Part shown: positions 28,520-39,191 of the stretch, piece by piece
How the letters are laid out: each line of letters begins with the position of its first letter
How positions within the stretch are numbered: position 1 is the first letter of the stretch
NCBI GenBank assembly: GCA_934132895.1
Contig: CAKPAG010000006.1
Span: 933-64,932, forward strand
DNA from: an uncultured Clostridia bacterium
Lineage (GTDB): Bacteria; Bacillota; Clostridia; TANB77; CAG-465
DNA length: 64,000 nt
Reading direction: 5' to 3'
Program-made: the position numbers and the translations under genes
Notes under the pieces: generated by a model
The model's input: only the letters and a program-made list of their open reading frames with translations
What the model was told of the DNA's origin: nothing
The model's database searches: none

Positions 28520-29056
28520 TCATTTAGTTAAAAAGGTTTCGTATAGTTTTTCTTCTGCCTCTTTAAAAATAGTATCATTCAACTTATCCAATTCTTCTTT
28601 AGAAAATCTCTCTAAAACAAAATCTTTTAAATCTTGATTTGGATGTTTTAACCCACCAATACCTATACGTATTCTTGGAATATCTTGAGTTGAGAGTTGT
28701 TCAACAATATTTTTCATTCCATTGTGTGAGCCACCACTTCCCTTTTCTTTATATCTTATACTTCCAAAAGGAATATCAATATCATCAAATATTATCATTA
28801 TGTCTTTACTTTCAATTTTATACCATTTTTTAAGCTTAGAAACCGCTATACCACTTAAATTCATATAGGTAAGTGGTTTTACAAGAACTACTTTTTCACC
28901 TTTTATCATAGTTTCAAAAATGAAACTATCATGCTTTTTCTTGTCTACTTTTATATTATATTTCTCACTTAAAAAATCAATAAACATCCAACCTACATTA
29001 TGCCTTGTTTTATCATATTCTTTACCAGGATTACCAAGTCCTACAATTAATTTCAT
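28520..29056 (-). CDS. pth: peptidyl-tRNA hydrolase
   Basis: MKLIVGLGNPGKEYDKTRHNVG... ; start set at MKLIVGL. Confidence 0.85.
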   Translation of the reverse strand: MKLIVGLGNPGKEYDKTRHNVGWMFIDFLSEKYNIKVDKKKHDSFIFETMIKGEKVVLVKPLTYMNLSGIAVSKLKKWYKIESKDIMIIFDDIDIPFGSIRYKEKGSGGSHNGMKNIVEQLSTQDIPRIRIGIGGLKHPNQDLKDFVLERFSKEELDKLNDTIFKEAEEKLYETFLTK

Positions 29057-29181
29057 TTTTCTTTCCTCTTTTCTTAAAAACACTTGAACTTTTGTTAACT
29101 TTATAGTATTATTATATATGAATATTTAAAGTATGTCAAATGTATAATTTGCTTGTACTTTTACGAAAGTGGTGATATTAC

Positions 29182-31734
29182 TTGGATAAATTTTTTAAAG
29201 CTTTGCATATAAAAAAGCCGGATAAGCTTTTAACATATATTTTATATGGATTAACAGGATTTTTAGTCCTTATTTCCTTTGGAAGAATTTTAGGATTTTT
29301 AGTGGGAGATGCAACTATTGCAAATAATATTTCCCCCTACCTTTACACAATATTTATTATCATACCCGCACTTGCATATTGTTTCTATGTTAATTCTGGT
29401 ATACCAAAAAATGATAATATGAGAATTAACATGTATATCATAACTTGTTCAATGCTTGCAATAATACTTGGTGGTATGAGCTGTACTTGGATCAATAACG
29501 TTGCTTGGTGGATACTAAAAAAACTACCTAATTTCAATTTAGTTATGAAAACATATCCTGAGCTTTTCGCACCAGCAATAAAAACACTATGTTTAGCTGT
29601 ACCATTTGTATCAGTATTTAAAATAATTGATTACTTCTTACTTATTTTTAGAGATGAAGACTTACCTAAAGCTATTGCTGGTTTCTCTGGTCTTTCAGTA
29701 GTAAAAAAATCTAAAGAAGGTGGAGCATTTAGTTGTGAAACAATTATCTGTAAAGCTGAAGGTTCTTCAGTTCCAGTTGTAGTTCCAGAGAAAAAACGTT
29801 ATGAGGCAACACTTGTTCAAGGTGCTACTGGTACTGGTAAAACAGCTACTGTACTTTTACCAATGAGTGCATTAGATCTTGAGAGAAAACATTTCTTCAG
29901 AGAATATTCAAAAAGAATTGGTTACTCTATGTTAAAAAGAGGTATCGCATATATGAGTGGACCTTTTACAAATGAGTATGTTAACAGAAACTTTATACTA
30001 AATTACTTACATCCAAAACGTGGTATGGAAGAACAATTCATGGATGAAGTAAGACCAATAATGCAATATATAGATAATTCAACTGGTAAAATAACATATA
30101 GAAATCTTGGTATAACAATAGTAGAAAATGATGGAAACTTTATTTCACAATTTATTGGGGTAGCAAATAATTTTGATATAGATGTACTAACAATAGATCC
30201 TGCAGCTCCTGAAACAACATTAAGTATAAACCCATTTGCAATCCCTGATCCAGCTAAAGCAGCTTCAATTGTATCAGACGTTTTAAATGCAATGTATGAG
30301 AGTACTGGTGGAGGAAAAGCAGGAGATCCATTCTTTACACAAGTAACAATTGACGCATTCCAAAACTTATCAATACTTTTAAAAGAAATGTATCCTAGAC
30401 TTCATGATGGAGAAATTGCAAGTTTGGAAGACATGCTAGAATTGTTATATAACTTTGATGCTGTTGAAGAAATGACAGAAGAAATGAAAAAAGTTCCAGA
30501 ACTTGAACAAAAATACAAACTATTAATACGTTACTTTGAAAAGAATTTCTACAAACCATCACTAAATATAAATGGATATGAGATACCTGGTACACGTGGT
30601 AGTGGTAGAAAAGATACAGAAAAATTCTTGTATGGTGCAATAACTCAACTTAACAACTTAGTAAGACATCCAGGACTTAAAGCTGCACTTTGTGGAAAGA
30701 AAAATATAATTGATTTTGATAAAGCATTAGAAGAAGGAAAAGTAATCACTGCATGTTCTAGAAAAGGTGAACTTGGTATATTACAAGCCAAAGCTTTTGG
30801 TATGTTCTTTATACTTCAGTTCCAAGATGCTGTATTAAGAAGAAAAGGAAATGAAGAATCAAGAACACCTCACTTCTTATACATAGATGAATTCCCTGAA
30901 TATATCACAAAAGATATGGAAGTTATGTTTACACTATTTAGAAAATATAGATGTGGTGTTACTGTAGCAATACAAAACTTATCACAGCTTGAAAAAAGTG
31001 GCCATGCATACTATCGTCAAGTTGTACTTGCTAACACAAAAACTCAAATCGTTTTCGGAGATACTGTTAAAGAAGATAGTGAATATTGGGAAGCTGCATT
31101 CGGTAAAAAGAAAATTCCAGACACTACAACTTCATTTGATCTTTCTAATGGAGTAAATAAAGGATCTGGTAAAACTACATTAAAAATAGAGAAAAAAGCT
31201 AAAATTGAAGGTTGGAAGCTTGCCGAACTTGGATTTGGAAGCATATTCTACAAAACTAAGAATGCTTCTGGTAAATCAATATATGGTAAAGGAAAAACTG
31301 GTTTCTTAGATGCAAAATACAAAGAAAAGGCTCCATCACAAATGTTTAATTTTGAAAAATATATGATGAGTAAACCAGATGAACCAACAATTATAATGAA
31401 TGATTCTGATGAAAGTGATAACGCAGATAATTTATTTGGTGTAAATACTGATTCTAGAATAAAAGAAGAATTAAGAAAAGCTGCAACAGAAGCAGCAACT
31501 CTTGATACAACTGACATGAGATATACAAAAACTGAACCAACCACTTTATCAAATATATCAGATTCAAATTCAGATAGTTCACCAAATACAATGGCACACG
31601 ACCTTTCTGATATAGATGATTTTGAAATAATATTTGACGATAGTGAACCAACACTAGAGGATGCTTCAAAAGACGGTGGTGCAATAACAGAAAGTTATGA
31701 AACTCCAGCTATAAAAAGACATAATAAAAAGTAA
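29182..31734 (+). CDS. membrane-anchored TraG/TraD/VirD4-like (T4CP-like) P-loop ATPase with acidic disordered C-terminus
   Basis: 4 N-terminal TM helices; Walker A LVQGATGTGKTATVLLPM; Walker B HFLYIDEFPEY; AIQNLSQLEK (TraG-D_C-like QxxxQL); TTG start per ORF track; Asp/Ser-rich tail. Confidence 0.45.
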   Translation: MDKFFKALHIKKPDKLLTYILYGLTGFLVLISFGRILGFLVGDATIANNISPYLYTIFIIIPALAYCFYVNSGIPKNDNMRINMYIITCSMLAIILGGMSCTWINNVAWWILKKLPNFNLVMKTYPELFAPAIKTLCLAVPFVSVFKIIDYFLLIFRDEDLPKAIAGFSGLSVVKKSKEGGAFSCETIICKAEGSSVPVVVPEKKRYEATLVQGATGTGKTATVLLPMSALDLERKHFFREYSKRIGYSMLKRGIAYMSGPFTNEYVNRNFILNYLHPKRGMEEQFMDEVRPIMQYIDNSTGKITYRNLGITIVENDGNFISQFIGVANNFDIDVLTIDPAAPETTLSINPFAIPDPAKAASIVSDVLNAMYESTGGGKAGDPFFTQVTIDAFQNLSILLKEMYPRLHDGEIASLEDMLELLYNFDAVEEMTEEMKKVPELEQKYKLLIRYFEKNFYKPSLNINGYEIPGTRGSGRKDTEKFLYGAITQLNNLVRHPGLKAALCGKKNIIDFDKALEEGKVITACSRKGELGILQAKAFGMFFILQFQDAVLRRKGNEESRTPHFLYIDEFPEYITKDMEVMFTLFRKYRCGVTVAIQNLSQLEKSGHAYYRQVVLANTKTQIVFGDTVKEDSEYWEAAFGKKKIPDTTTSFDLSNGVNKGSGKTTLKIEKKAKIEGWKLAELGFGSIFYKTKNASGKSIYGKGKTGFLDAKYKEKAPSQMFNFEKYMMSKPDEPTIIMNDSDESDNADNLFGVNTDSRIKEELRKAATEAATLDTTDMRYTKTEPTTLSNISDSNSDSSPNTMAHDLSDIDDFEIIFDDSEPTLEDASKDGGAITESYETPAIKRHNKK

Positions 31735-31778
31735 GGAAAATTTCTCCTTACTTTTTATATTTTGGATTTATTGGTATT

Positions 31779-32399
31779 TTACTTCATCCAATCAGGAACA
31801 TCAAGTTCTCTTAAGAAATGACTTTTTCTATCTCTTTCTTCTTTGTTTTTTATAAGAACTAATAAATCTAAGCAACAATTATTAACTTCAAAGAAATCTT
31901 TAGATGCCAAGACCGATAAATCTTTTTCACTTAAACTTTCCATATATTCTTTTTGTTGTCTAGACATTGCCGACCAAACAACAAAAGCTTTTTTATTTAT
32001 ATGAGCAAAAGTTACAAAGTCTTCCTCTTGAGATACTATTGCATCTTTAAACGGTCTAAACTTTCCCATCTCGTACATAACACCATTCATATTTAAGTTA
32101 GCATCAATTGCCCAATTATATATAATAGGATATCCCTTTATTATATTAATCTGTAACTTATGAAAGTCATCATGCATATTTTTTAATTCCAGCTCCGTAC
32201 CATTTTGTAATATCAAGTAATTCTTTTTCTCATTAAATTCTTTGATATTATTAATAATAACTTTCATCCCATTTAACTCGCCTATTAAAACAGGTTCTAA
32301 ATTAGAATATCTTTTTATTATTGCATATGGAATTGGAAGTGACAAATCATATCCAAACCGTTCCCTTCCTACGAAATACCAATTTGTTATTTCATTCAT
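31779..32399 (-). CDS. hypothetical protein
   Basis: 206 aa ORF, no recognisable motif. Confidence 0.35.
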   Translation of the reverse strand: MNEITNWYFVGRERFGYDLSLPIPYAIIKRYSNLEPVLIGELNGMKVIINNIKEFNEKKNYLILQNGTELELKNMHDDFHKLQINIIKGYPIIYNWAIDANLNMNGVMYEMGKFRPFKDAIVSQEEDFVTFAHINKKAFVVWSAMSRQQKEYMESLSEKDLSVLASKDFFEVNNCCLDLLVLIKNKEERDRKSHFLRELDVPDWMK

Positions 32400-32539
32400 A
32401 TTAATATCCTCCCTCTAAATATTCATTTAGTTTTAAATTTTTCACATATTATAATTATACCACTTAGTTAATTTTATGTCAAGTGTTTTAAGTGCATACA
32501 CTTATTTATTAGAGTTAATTATATTTTAAATAACAATTT

Positions 32540-33040
32540 TTAAAAAATATAACTATTGTTGGATTCAATTTCACAAACTGTTTCTTCTATAGATAGATTA
32601 CTAGTATCAAGATAATATTTTCTATCAAATGGTTTGTTTTTAAAATTTCTTAATAATATTAAAGATCTTTCACCCATTTGGCAATCTAAAGGTCTTTCTA
32701 AATCTCTTTTAACAATTGTTTCCTCATCTGTAACAAGAATAACAAATTTTTTTGAATACTTTTTAAATTTTTCATTAAAAGTTTGAAAATTTTCTACGTT
32801 AAATATATAGTTGAATATAACATCATACTCATATGAAAGATATGTATCTATCATATTCTCGCATATTTTCCAAAATACTTGTAAATGATTTCCTTTCTCC
32901 CAGGCACTTTTATAGCCTGATATAACTTGATGATATATATCATCTCCTTCAATTAATACAGATTTTTTACTTTTTTTAGCTAATGTTTGTGAAATTGTAC
33001 TCTTTCCTACTCCAGCAGGTCCTGTAATTAAATATAACAT
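32540..33040 (-). CDS. P-loop kinase-like ATPase
   Basis: MLYLITGPAGVGKSTISQ Walker A at N-terminus, 166 aa. Confidence 0.55.
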   Translation of the reverse strand: MLYLITGPAGVGKSTISQTLAKKSKKSVLIEGDDIYHQVISGYKSAWEKGNHLQVFWKICENMIDTYLSYEYDVIFNYIFNVENFQTFNEKFKKYSKKFVILVTDEETIVKRDLERPLDCQMGERSLILLRNFKNKPFDRKYYLDTSNLSIEETVCEIESNNSYIF

Positions 33041-33110
33041 ATACTATCACCTCTTTAACTTTCACTTCTTTAACTTTTAAATACATTTTCAAATCTCCCT
33101 TAAGTTTCAC

Positions 33111-33590
33111 TTAAAAATTATTTATTATATACTTGTAACCTTCTATATTACCTTTTCTAAATTCATTATTTTTTATCAAGTTGTTTATTTCTTCTTTGCT
33201 TAACCATCTCACATAATCCACTTCAGATTTTTGAACCTTTATATCTTTAATATTTATATCTTTTCTTAAATAATAGACTTTTTGAAAATAATGTTCTACA
33301 ACATATGTATTAGCTTCAATAATTTTTTCTTTAGCAATATCTATTCCTAATTCTTCATTCACTTCACGAATAATTGTATCTAAAAAATCAGAGCCAAATA
33401 ATACATGACCTCCTGTAGTAGAAAACTCATGACCTCTAGAGCGTGATGTTTTTTGAATTAAAAATTCACCTCTTGCATTTTGTATAAATATAATTGCTAT
33501 TCCTTCTAAATTATTATTATTTTCTTTTCCTCTAATCCCTATTTCATTTAACAAATTACCTTTATCATCATACAAGTTTAAATATTCCAT
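33111..33590 (-). CDS. NUDIX hydrolase
   Basis: NUDIX box GGHVLFGSDFLDTIIREVNEELGI. Confidence 0.75.
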   Translation of the reverse strand: MEYLNLYDDKGNLLNEIGIRGKENNNNLEGIAIIFIQNARGEFLIQKTSRSRGHEFSTTGGHVLFGSDFLDTIIREVNEELGIDIAKEKIIEANTYVVEHYFQKVYYLRKDINIKDIKVQKSEVDYVRWLSKEEINNLIKNNEFRKGNIEGYKYIINNF

Positions 33591-33913
33591 AAAGCTTTAC
33601 CTCTTTTAGATTATAACGTTTAAATAACAATTGTATTTTAACATATGTATATTTAATATTCAATCTTTTTTATTTAAGAAAAAAGTTAGTACCCAAAACT
33701 TCAAATACTAACCTTTTCTTTATTTTTACTCACTATTATTTAATATTAAAGATTTGTTTTATTTTATTAAGAACTATTTTAAATACTGATTCTTTATATT
33801 CTACCATTGAAACAGGAGCTACTTGTTCATTATTTTCATTTTCAATCACTACATTCTTTTTCTGTATTTAAATTCTAATCTTAATAAACGAAAAAATAAC
33901 AGAATAGAACCAT

Positions 33914-34432
33914 CTATTCCATTATTTTTTCAAATCCTATAAATATTTTATCCTCTAATGACCAATTTCCCTCTTCAATTCTTTTAAATCCATTTTTCTC
34001 ATATAATTTAATAGCATTTATGTTATTTTCATAAACTGTTAATCTTATTACATCGTAATTATTTTTAATCGCATAATTATCAATAAATTTCATTGTTGCT
34101 TTAGCATACCCCATTCCTTGCTCACTAGGTAAAATTGCTAGTCTATTTAAATAGAAAAAACTTTTTCTTTCTTGATTCCATTTTATTTGGTGATAATCTG
34201 GATCATCATAATCAGATAAAACAAAACTACCTATTACTTTGTTATTATTTTCTATAACATACATTTCCTTATTTTTAATATCATTATCAAATTCACAAAA
34301 CGGATATATGTCGCCCCATAACATATCTATTTTTTTTACTTCTTTTAAATCTCTTATAACTTCTTTAAATAAAATATTTAAAGAACTAATATCACTTTTT
34401 CTTGCTAATCTAATATTCATATTATTATTCAT
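33914..34432 (-). CDS. GNAT family N-acetyltransferase
   Basis: LAILPSEQGMGYAKATM acetyl-CoA binding motif region; 172 aa. Confidence 0.6.
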   Translation of the reverse strand: MNNNMNIRLARKSDISSLNILFKEVIRDLKEVKKIDMLWGDIYPFCEFDNDIKNKEMYVIENNNKVIGSFVLSDYDDPDYHQIKWNQERKSFFYLNRLAILPSEQGMGYAKATMKFIDNYAIKNNYDVIRLTVYENNINAIKLYEKNGFKRIEEGNWSLEDKIFIGFEKIME

Positions 34433-34782
34433 CTCCTAATATACCCAAGCACAACTTTCAATATTTATGAAATCTTTTATTTTCAAGTTTTAAGTCTATT
34501 CTTCTAATTTTGATTGATATGTTTTTAATCTCTCGTTAGCCAATTCTCTGAAATTTATAACGACCTTCGATTTTATTTATAGTCTAAAGAAATAATCATA
34601 TCCAAATTGTAATATTTTTACCTTACTTTTGAACTGTTAAGAATTTCTTGACAGTTGAATTTTTTGCTAACTCTTCTTCATCAATTATATTTTTAATCTG
34701 CAAACTTATATTTTGTTTAGTAATATACTATAAATCAGCCATTTGTTGCTAAAATGCCTTACCATTTCTATATATTTTAAAA

Positions 34783-34818
34783 GGTGTCAACTATTGTTTC
34801 TTAGCGACACCCTTACTT
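34783..34818 (-). terminator. secA terminator hairpin
   Basis: GGGTGTC...GACACC stem followed by TTTT on minus strand, just after secA stop. Confidence 0.4.
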
Positions 34819-34822
34819 TATC

Positions 34823-37591
34823 TTATTTTATACTACTTTCCGCAGCATTGTTTATATTTCTTTCCGGCTTCCGGCATGGGCACTTTTCATTTCTGCCTAC
34901 TTTTTTCTCTGCTTTAACAGGTTCTCTTTTTGAATCTTCTTGAGATTCGTTAGTACTTATATTTCTAACATTTACTGTATTTTCCTTTATAACATTCTCA
35001 CTATATGATTCTTGTTTTTTAGGTCTTATTGAAAATACTGCTTTAGTAGACTCTTCTTGAATAGTATCAACTAATCCTTCAAACATATCAAAGCTTTCTA
35101 TTTTGTAAGCTTCTACTGGATTAGTTTGACCATATGCTCTAAGTCCTATACCATCTTTTAATTGAGATATTGCATCTATGTGATCCATCCATTTTTCATT
35201 TACTACATTTAATATTAAGTGTCTTTCAATATTGTTTAGTATTTCTTCAATACCATTTTTCTTAGCTTCTTCATGTTTTTGTAAATATATTTCTTCTACT
35301 TTTTCTTCTAAAAGTGAAATAATCTCTTCTACTTCTTTTCCTGAAGCTTCATCTATTGAAATTAAATTTTCTGTAGCAAATAAATTAGCTAGAACTGCAT
35401 TTAAAGAATCAAAATCTACATCATCAATATTATCTACATTTGCAAAATATTTTGGTACAACCTTTGCTATTTTACCATTTGCAAGTTTTAATACAATCTC
35501 TGATATATTTTCTGCATTTAATACATCTCTTCTTTGAGAGTAAATTATCTCTCTTTGTGTATTCATTACATCATCGTACTCTAGTACATTTTTTCTTATA
35601 GAATAGTTTCTACCTTCTACTTTTGCTTGTGCTCCCTCAATAACACTAGTAAGCATACCTTGTTCAATTGGTGTATCCTCTGGAAGTCCAAGTCTTGATA
35701 TTACAGCTGTCATTCTGTCTGATCCAAAAAGTTTCATAAGATCATCTTCAAGTGAAATATAGAAACGAGTTTCACCAATATCACCTTGACGTCCAGAACG
35801 TCCTCTTAGCTGATTATCTATACGACGTGATTCATGTCTTTCACTACCAATTATTTTAAGTCCACCAGCTTCTATTACCTTTTCTCTATTTTCTTCTATT
35901 TCTGGTTTTAATCTTTTTTCTATCTCTACTATTTCTTTTTTAGCTTTCTTAACTTCTTCATCATTATATGTTATAGGGGTAATAGCCATTTCGATTACTT
36001 CTGAAGAATATCCTTTTTTAGCTAACTCTTCTTTTACTAAGTATTCAAGATTTCCCCCAAGCATTATATCGGTACCACGACCTGCCATGTTAGTAGCAAT
36101 TGTTACAGCTTTATACTTTCCAGCTTGAGCTATAATTTCTGCTTCTTTTTCATGGAATTTAGCATTTAATACTTGATGAGGTATCTTATCTCTTTTTAGT
36201 AATTTACTTATTATTTCTGATTTATCTATTGAAACTGTACCTACAAGAACTGGTTGACCTTTTTCGTATGATGCTTTTACGTCATTTACAATTGCTTCAT
36301 ATTTAGCTTTTTGTGTTTGATAAACCACATCATTTAAATCCACTCTTCTTACTGGTTTATTTGTTGGAATTTCAACTACATCAAGTTTATATATTCCCTT
36401 AAATTCTTCTTCTTCTGTTTTAGCTGTACCAGTCATTCCTGATAATTTGTTATATAATCTAAAGTAGTTTTGGAATGTAATTGTAGCAAGAGTTTGACTT
36501 TCAGAAGCTATTTTTACATTTTCTTTTGCTTCTATTGCTTGGTGTAATCCATCGCTATATCTTCTACCTTGCATTAAACGTCCAGTAAACTCATCAACTA
36601 TTATAACTTGTTCATCTTTTACAATATAATCTTTATCTTTTTTCATTAAGCCATATGCTCTTATTGCTTGGTTTATATGATGAGAAATAGTCAAATTATC
36701 TACATCAGAAAGTGAACTTATTCCAAAATATTTTTCTGCTTTTTTAGTTCCTGTTTCTGTAAGGGCAGCAGTATGAGCTTTTAAATCTACAATATAATCA
36801 TAGTTATCATCAGCTTCATCAAATTCTTTATCGTTATTTTCAACAATAATTCTAGGTGTTAATCCACGTGCAAAACTATTAGCTTTTTCATATAAATCAT
36901 TTTTCTTATCTACCATACCAGAAATAATAAGTGGAGTACGAGCCTCATCAATTAATATTGAGTCAATCTCATCCACAATAGCATAGTTTAGTTCTCTTTG
37001 TACCATTGTGTCTTTACTCATTGCCATATTATCTCTTAAGTAATCAAAACCAAATTCGTTATTTGTTCCATATGTTATATCACAAGCATATGCTTTTCTT
37101 TTTTCTTCAGGCATCATTTGAGATACTACAAGACCTACACTTAAGCCCAAAAATTTATATAGTTTTCCCATCCAAACGCTATCACGTTTTGCTAGATAAT
37201 CATTTACTGTTACTACATGCACACCTTTACCTGTTAATGCATTTAAATATACTGGTAAAGTGGCAACTAAAGTTTTACCTTCACCTGTTTTCATTTCAGC
37301 AATTCTTCCTTGATGAAGTATAATTCCACCGATAAGCTGAACTCTAAAATGTCTCATATTAAGTACTCTACTTGAAGCTTCTGCAACTACTGCATATGCT
37401 TCAGGTAAAATGTCTTCTAAAGTTTCTCCTTTAGCAAGTCTTTCTTTAAACTCTTGAGTTTTATTTCTTAATTCTTCATCAGATAAATCTTTTAAAGTTT
37501 TTTCGATTTCTTCTATTTTATCAACAGTTGGTATTATTTTTTTTATTTCTCTTTTACTGTATGAACCAAATATTTTCTCTATTAATTTCAT
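34823..37591 (-). CDS. secA: preprotein translocase subunit SecA
   Basis: MKLIEKIFGSYSKREIKK..., DEAD-like motifs MKTGEGKTLVATLP, DEIDSILIDEARTPLIISG, C-terminal Cys cluster. Confidence 0.95.
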   Translation of the reverse strand: MKLIEKIFGSYSKREIKKIIPTVDKIEEIEKTLKDLSDEELRNKTQEFKERLAKGETLEDILPEAYAVVAEASSRVLNMRHFRVQLIGGIILHQGRIAEMKTGEGKTLVATLPVYLNALTGKGVHVVTVNDYLAKRDSVWMGKLYKFLGLSVGLVVSQMMPEEKRKAYACDITYGTNNEFGFDYLRDNMAMSKDTMVQRELNYAIVDEIDSILIDEARTPLIISGMVDKKNDLYEKANSFARGLTPRIIVENNDKEFDEADDNYDYIVDLKAHTAALTETGTKKAEKYFGISSLSDVDNLTISHHINQAIRAYGLMKKDKDYIVKDEQVIIVDEFTGRLMQGRRYSDGLHQAIEAKENVKIASESQTLATITFQNYFRLYNKLSGMTGTAKTEEEEFKGIYKLDVVEIPTNKPVRRVDLNDVVYQTQKAKYEAIVNDVKASYEKGQPVLVGTVSIDKSEIISKLLKRDKIPHQVLNAKFHEKEAEIIAQAGKYKAVTIATNMAGRGTDIMLGGNLEYLVKEELAKKGYSSEVIEMAITPITYNDEEVKKAKKEIVEIEKRLKPEIEENREKVIEAGGLKIIGSERHESRRIDNQLRGRSGRQGDIGETRFYISLEDDLMKLFGSDRMTAVISRLGLPEDTPIEQGMLTSVIEGAQAKVEGRNYSIRKNVLEYDDVMNTQREIIYSQRRDVLNAENISEIVLKLANGKIAKVVPKYFANVDNIDDVDFDSLNAVLANLFATENLISIDEASGKEVEEIISLLEEKVEEIYLQKHEEAKKNGIEEILNNIERHLILNVVNEKWMDHIDAISQLKDGIGLRAYGQTNPVEAYKIESFDMFEGLVDTIQEESTKAVFSIRPKKQESYSENVIKENTVNVRNISTNESQEDSKREPVKAEKKVGRNEKCPCRKPERNINNAAESSIK

Positions 37592-37717
37592 TTATTTCCT
37601 CTCCTTATATTGCTACATAACCACTATTACTATGTAATTATTAAATCAAAGGTATTATATCACAGCTTAAGCCTAATTTAAAGATTTAACATCATTTTTT
37701 CACATTAATTTTATGAT

Positions 37718-38479
37718 TTAAAGTATTTTTTGAACTCTACCTACACTTCCATCTGTAAGTCTTACCTTTATTCCTCTATGATGTAGTGCACTATTTGTTA
37801 AAATATCTTTTACTATACCTTCAGTTAATATACCTGTTTTCTGGTCTTTTTTCAATACTATTGCCACCTTTATACCTGGCTTTATATTTGTTTTATATGT
37901 ATTTTTATTATCTTTTTTTGAGATAGTTTTACTTTTATTGTTATTTTCTTTTAAAAGTGCATTTAAATATTTATACACTATTCTTTTTAACATATTTATA
38001 TTTTCTTTTATGCCATGAAGGCTAAGCGAAAATTCTCTTAATATTTTGTTATATTCATCTTCTGTTATTTCCTTTTTTTCAAGTGCTTCTTTTAAATCAT
38101 TTTTTCCATACTCATAAACATTATACTTGCTATCTAAGGCAATACTTAAAAATCCTTCTTCATAAAAAGGCATTTTTCTTTCATCTAAAAAATTATTTAA
38201 TGTAATATCACATTTTATAGCAATCATACTATCATTTTCATTATAATACACTTTTAAGCTATAATTTTTCCCTATAGGTAAAAGTTCTACGTATGAAAAA
38301 TTTTTATCAAGTAGTTTTATACTCTCTCCATTTATATCTAAAAAATATGGGATTTCAATATCTTTTACTTTCATAGCAAATATGTAGTAATCTACATCTT
38401 GATAGACTACTTTTGCCATCTTAGCTAAAGATGTATTTAAATTTTCACTATTTCTTTTATCAAGTGGTGATATTTTCAT
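37718..38479 (-). CDS. DUF402-like domain fused to YwbE-like C-terminal domain
   Basis: C-terminal GIVKDILTNSALHHRGIKVRLTDGSVGRVQKI resembles YwbE family. Confidence 0.4.
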   Translation of the reverse strand: MKISPLDKRNSENLNTSLAKMAKVVYQDVDYYIFAMKVKDIEIPYFLDINGESIKLLDKNFSYVELLPIGKNYSLKVYYNENDSMIAIKCDITLNNFLDERKMPFYEEGFLSIALDSKYNVYEYGKNDLKEALEKKEITEDEYNKILREFSLSLHGIKENINMLKRIVYKYLNALLKENNNKSKTISKKDNKNTYKTNIKPGIKVAIVLKKDQKTGILTEGIVKDILTNSALHHRGIKVRLTDGSVGRVQKIL

Positions 38480-38552
38480 ACTTTTTGTTCCCCCTATAGT
38501 ACAAAAAACTATTGAAAGCTTTTATACCTCCAATAGTTTATTATATATTTAA

Positions 38553-39074
38553 TTATTTTTCAAGTGAATAACCACATTTTGTGCAGAATTTTGAACCAGG
38601 TGCACATATTAATCCGCATTGAGGACATACTTTAGCACTTGGCTTTTCTTCTTTAGGTTCTTTTTCCTCTTTAGGCTCTTCTTTTATTTTAACTGGTTTT
38701 TGTTTTGTTCCACAGTTTGCACAAAAAGCTGATTCAAGCTCTATTGTTTCTCCACAGTTTGCACAAGTTCTAAGTCCTTTATTGTATAATATTTTTTTAT
38801 TCATCTCGTCAATCTCTTTTATAGCTTTGTCAATCTTTTTACACTCTTTTGTAAAAACCTTTCCTACTTCTTCACCTGCTTTGTATGAATCATAAATAGA
38901 TTTTCCCATTTCCTCATATGTTTTTACTATATCTGATTCTTTGTCTGCAATAGCAAGTTTTAGTTTAGTATCAGCAATAAATTTTCCTGATTTATCTGCA
39001 ACTGTATTATATGTATCTGTTGCTGTTTTACCAACTATTTTAGATATTTCTGTTACTTTTTTCTTAAATTCCAT
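38553..39074 (-). CDS. double zinc-ribbon protein
   Basis: CANCG...CANCG and CPQCG...CTKCG pairs; Lys/Glu/Pro linker. Confidence 0.45.
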   Translation of the reverse strand: MEFKKKVTEISKIVGKTATDTYNTVADKSGKFIADTKLKLAIADKESDIVKTYEEMGKSIYDSYKAGEEVGKVFTKECKKIDKAIKEIDEMNKKILYNKGLRTCANCGETIELESAFCANCGTKQKPVKIKEEPKEEKEPKEEKPSAKVCPQCGLICAPGSKFCTKCGYSLEK

Positions 39075-39191
39075 TTTAAACTACCTCCATTTATATTTAT
39101 AATATATCACAAAAAATAACTATATTCAATATATATGTTTTTTTATTTTATTTTTATATAATTTTTCACACTTTTTTCATATTTTATATGA

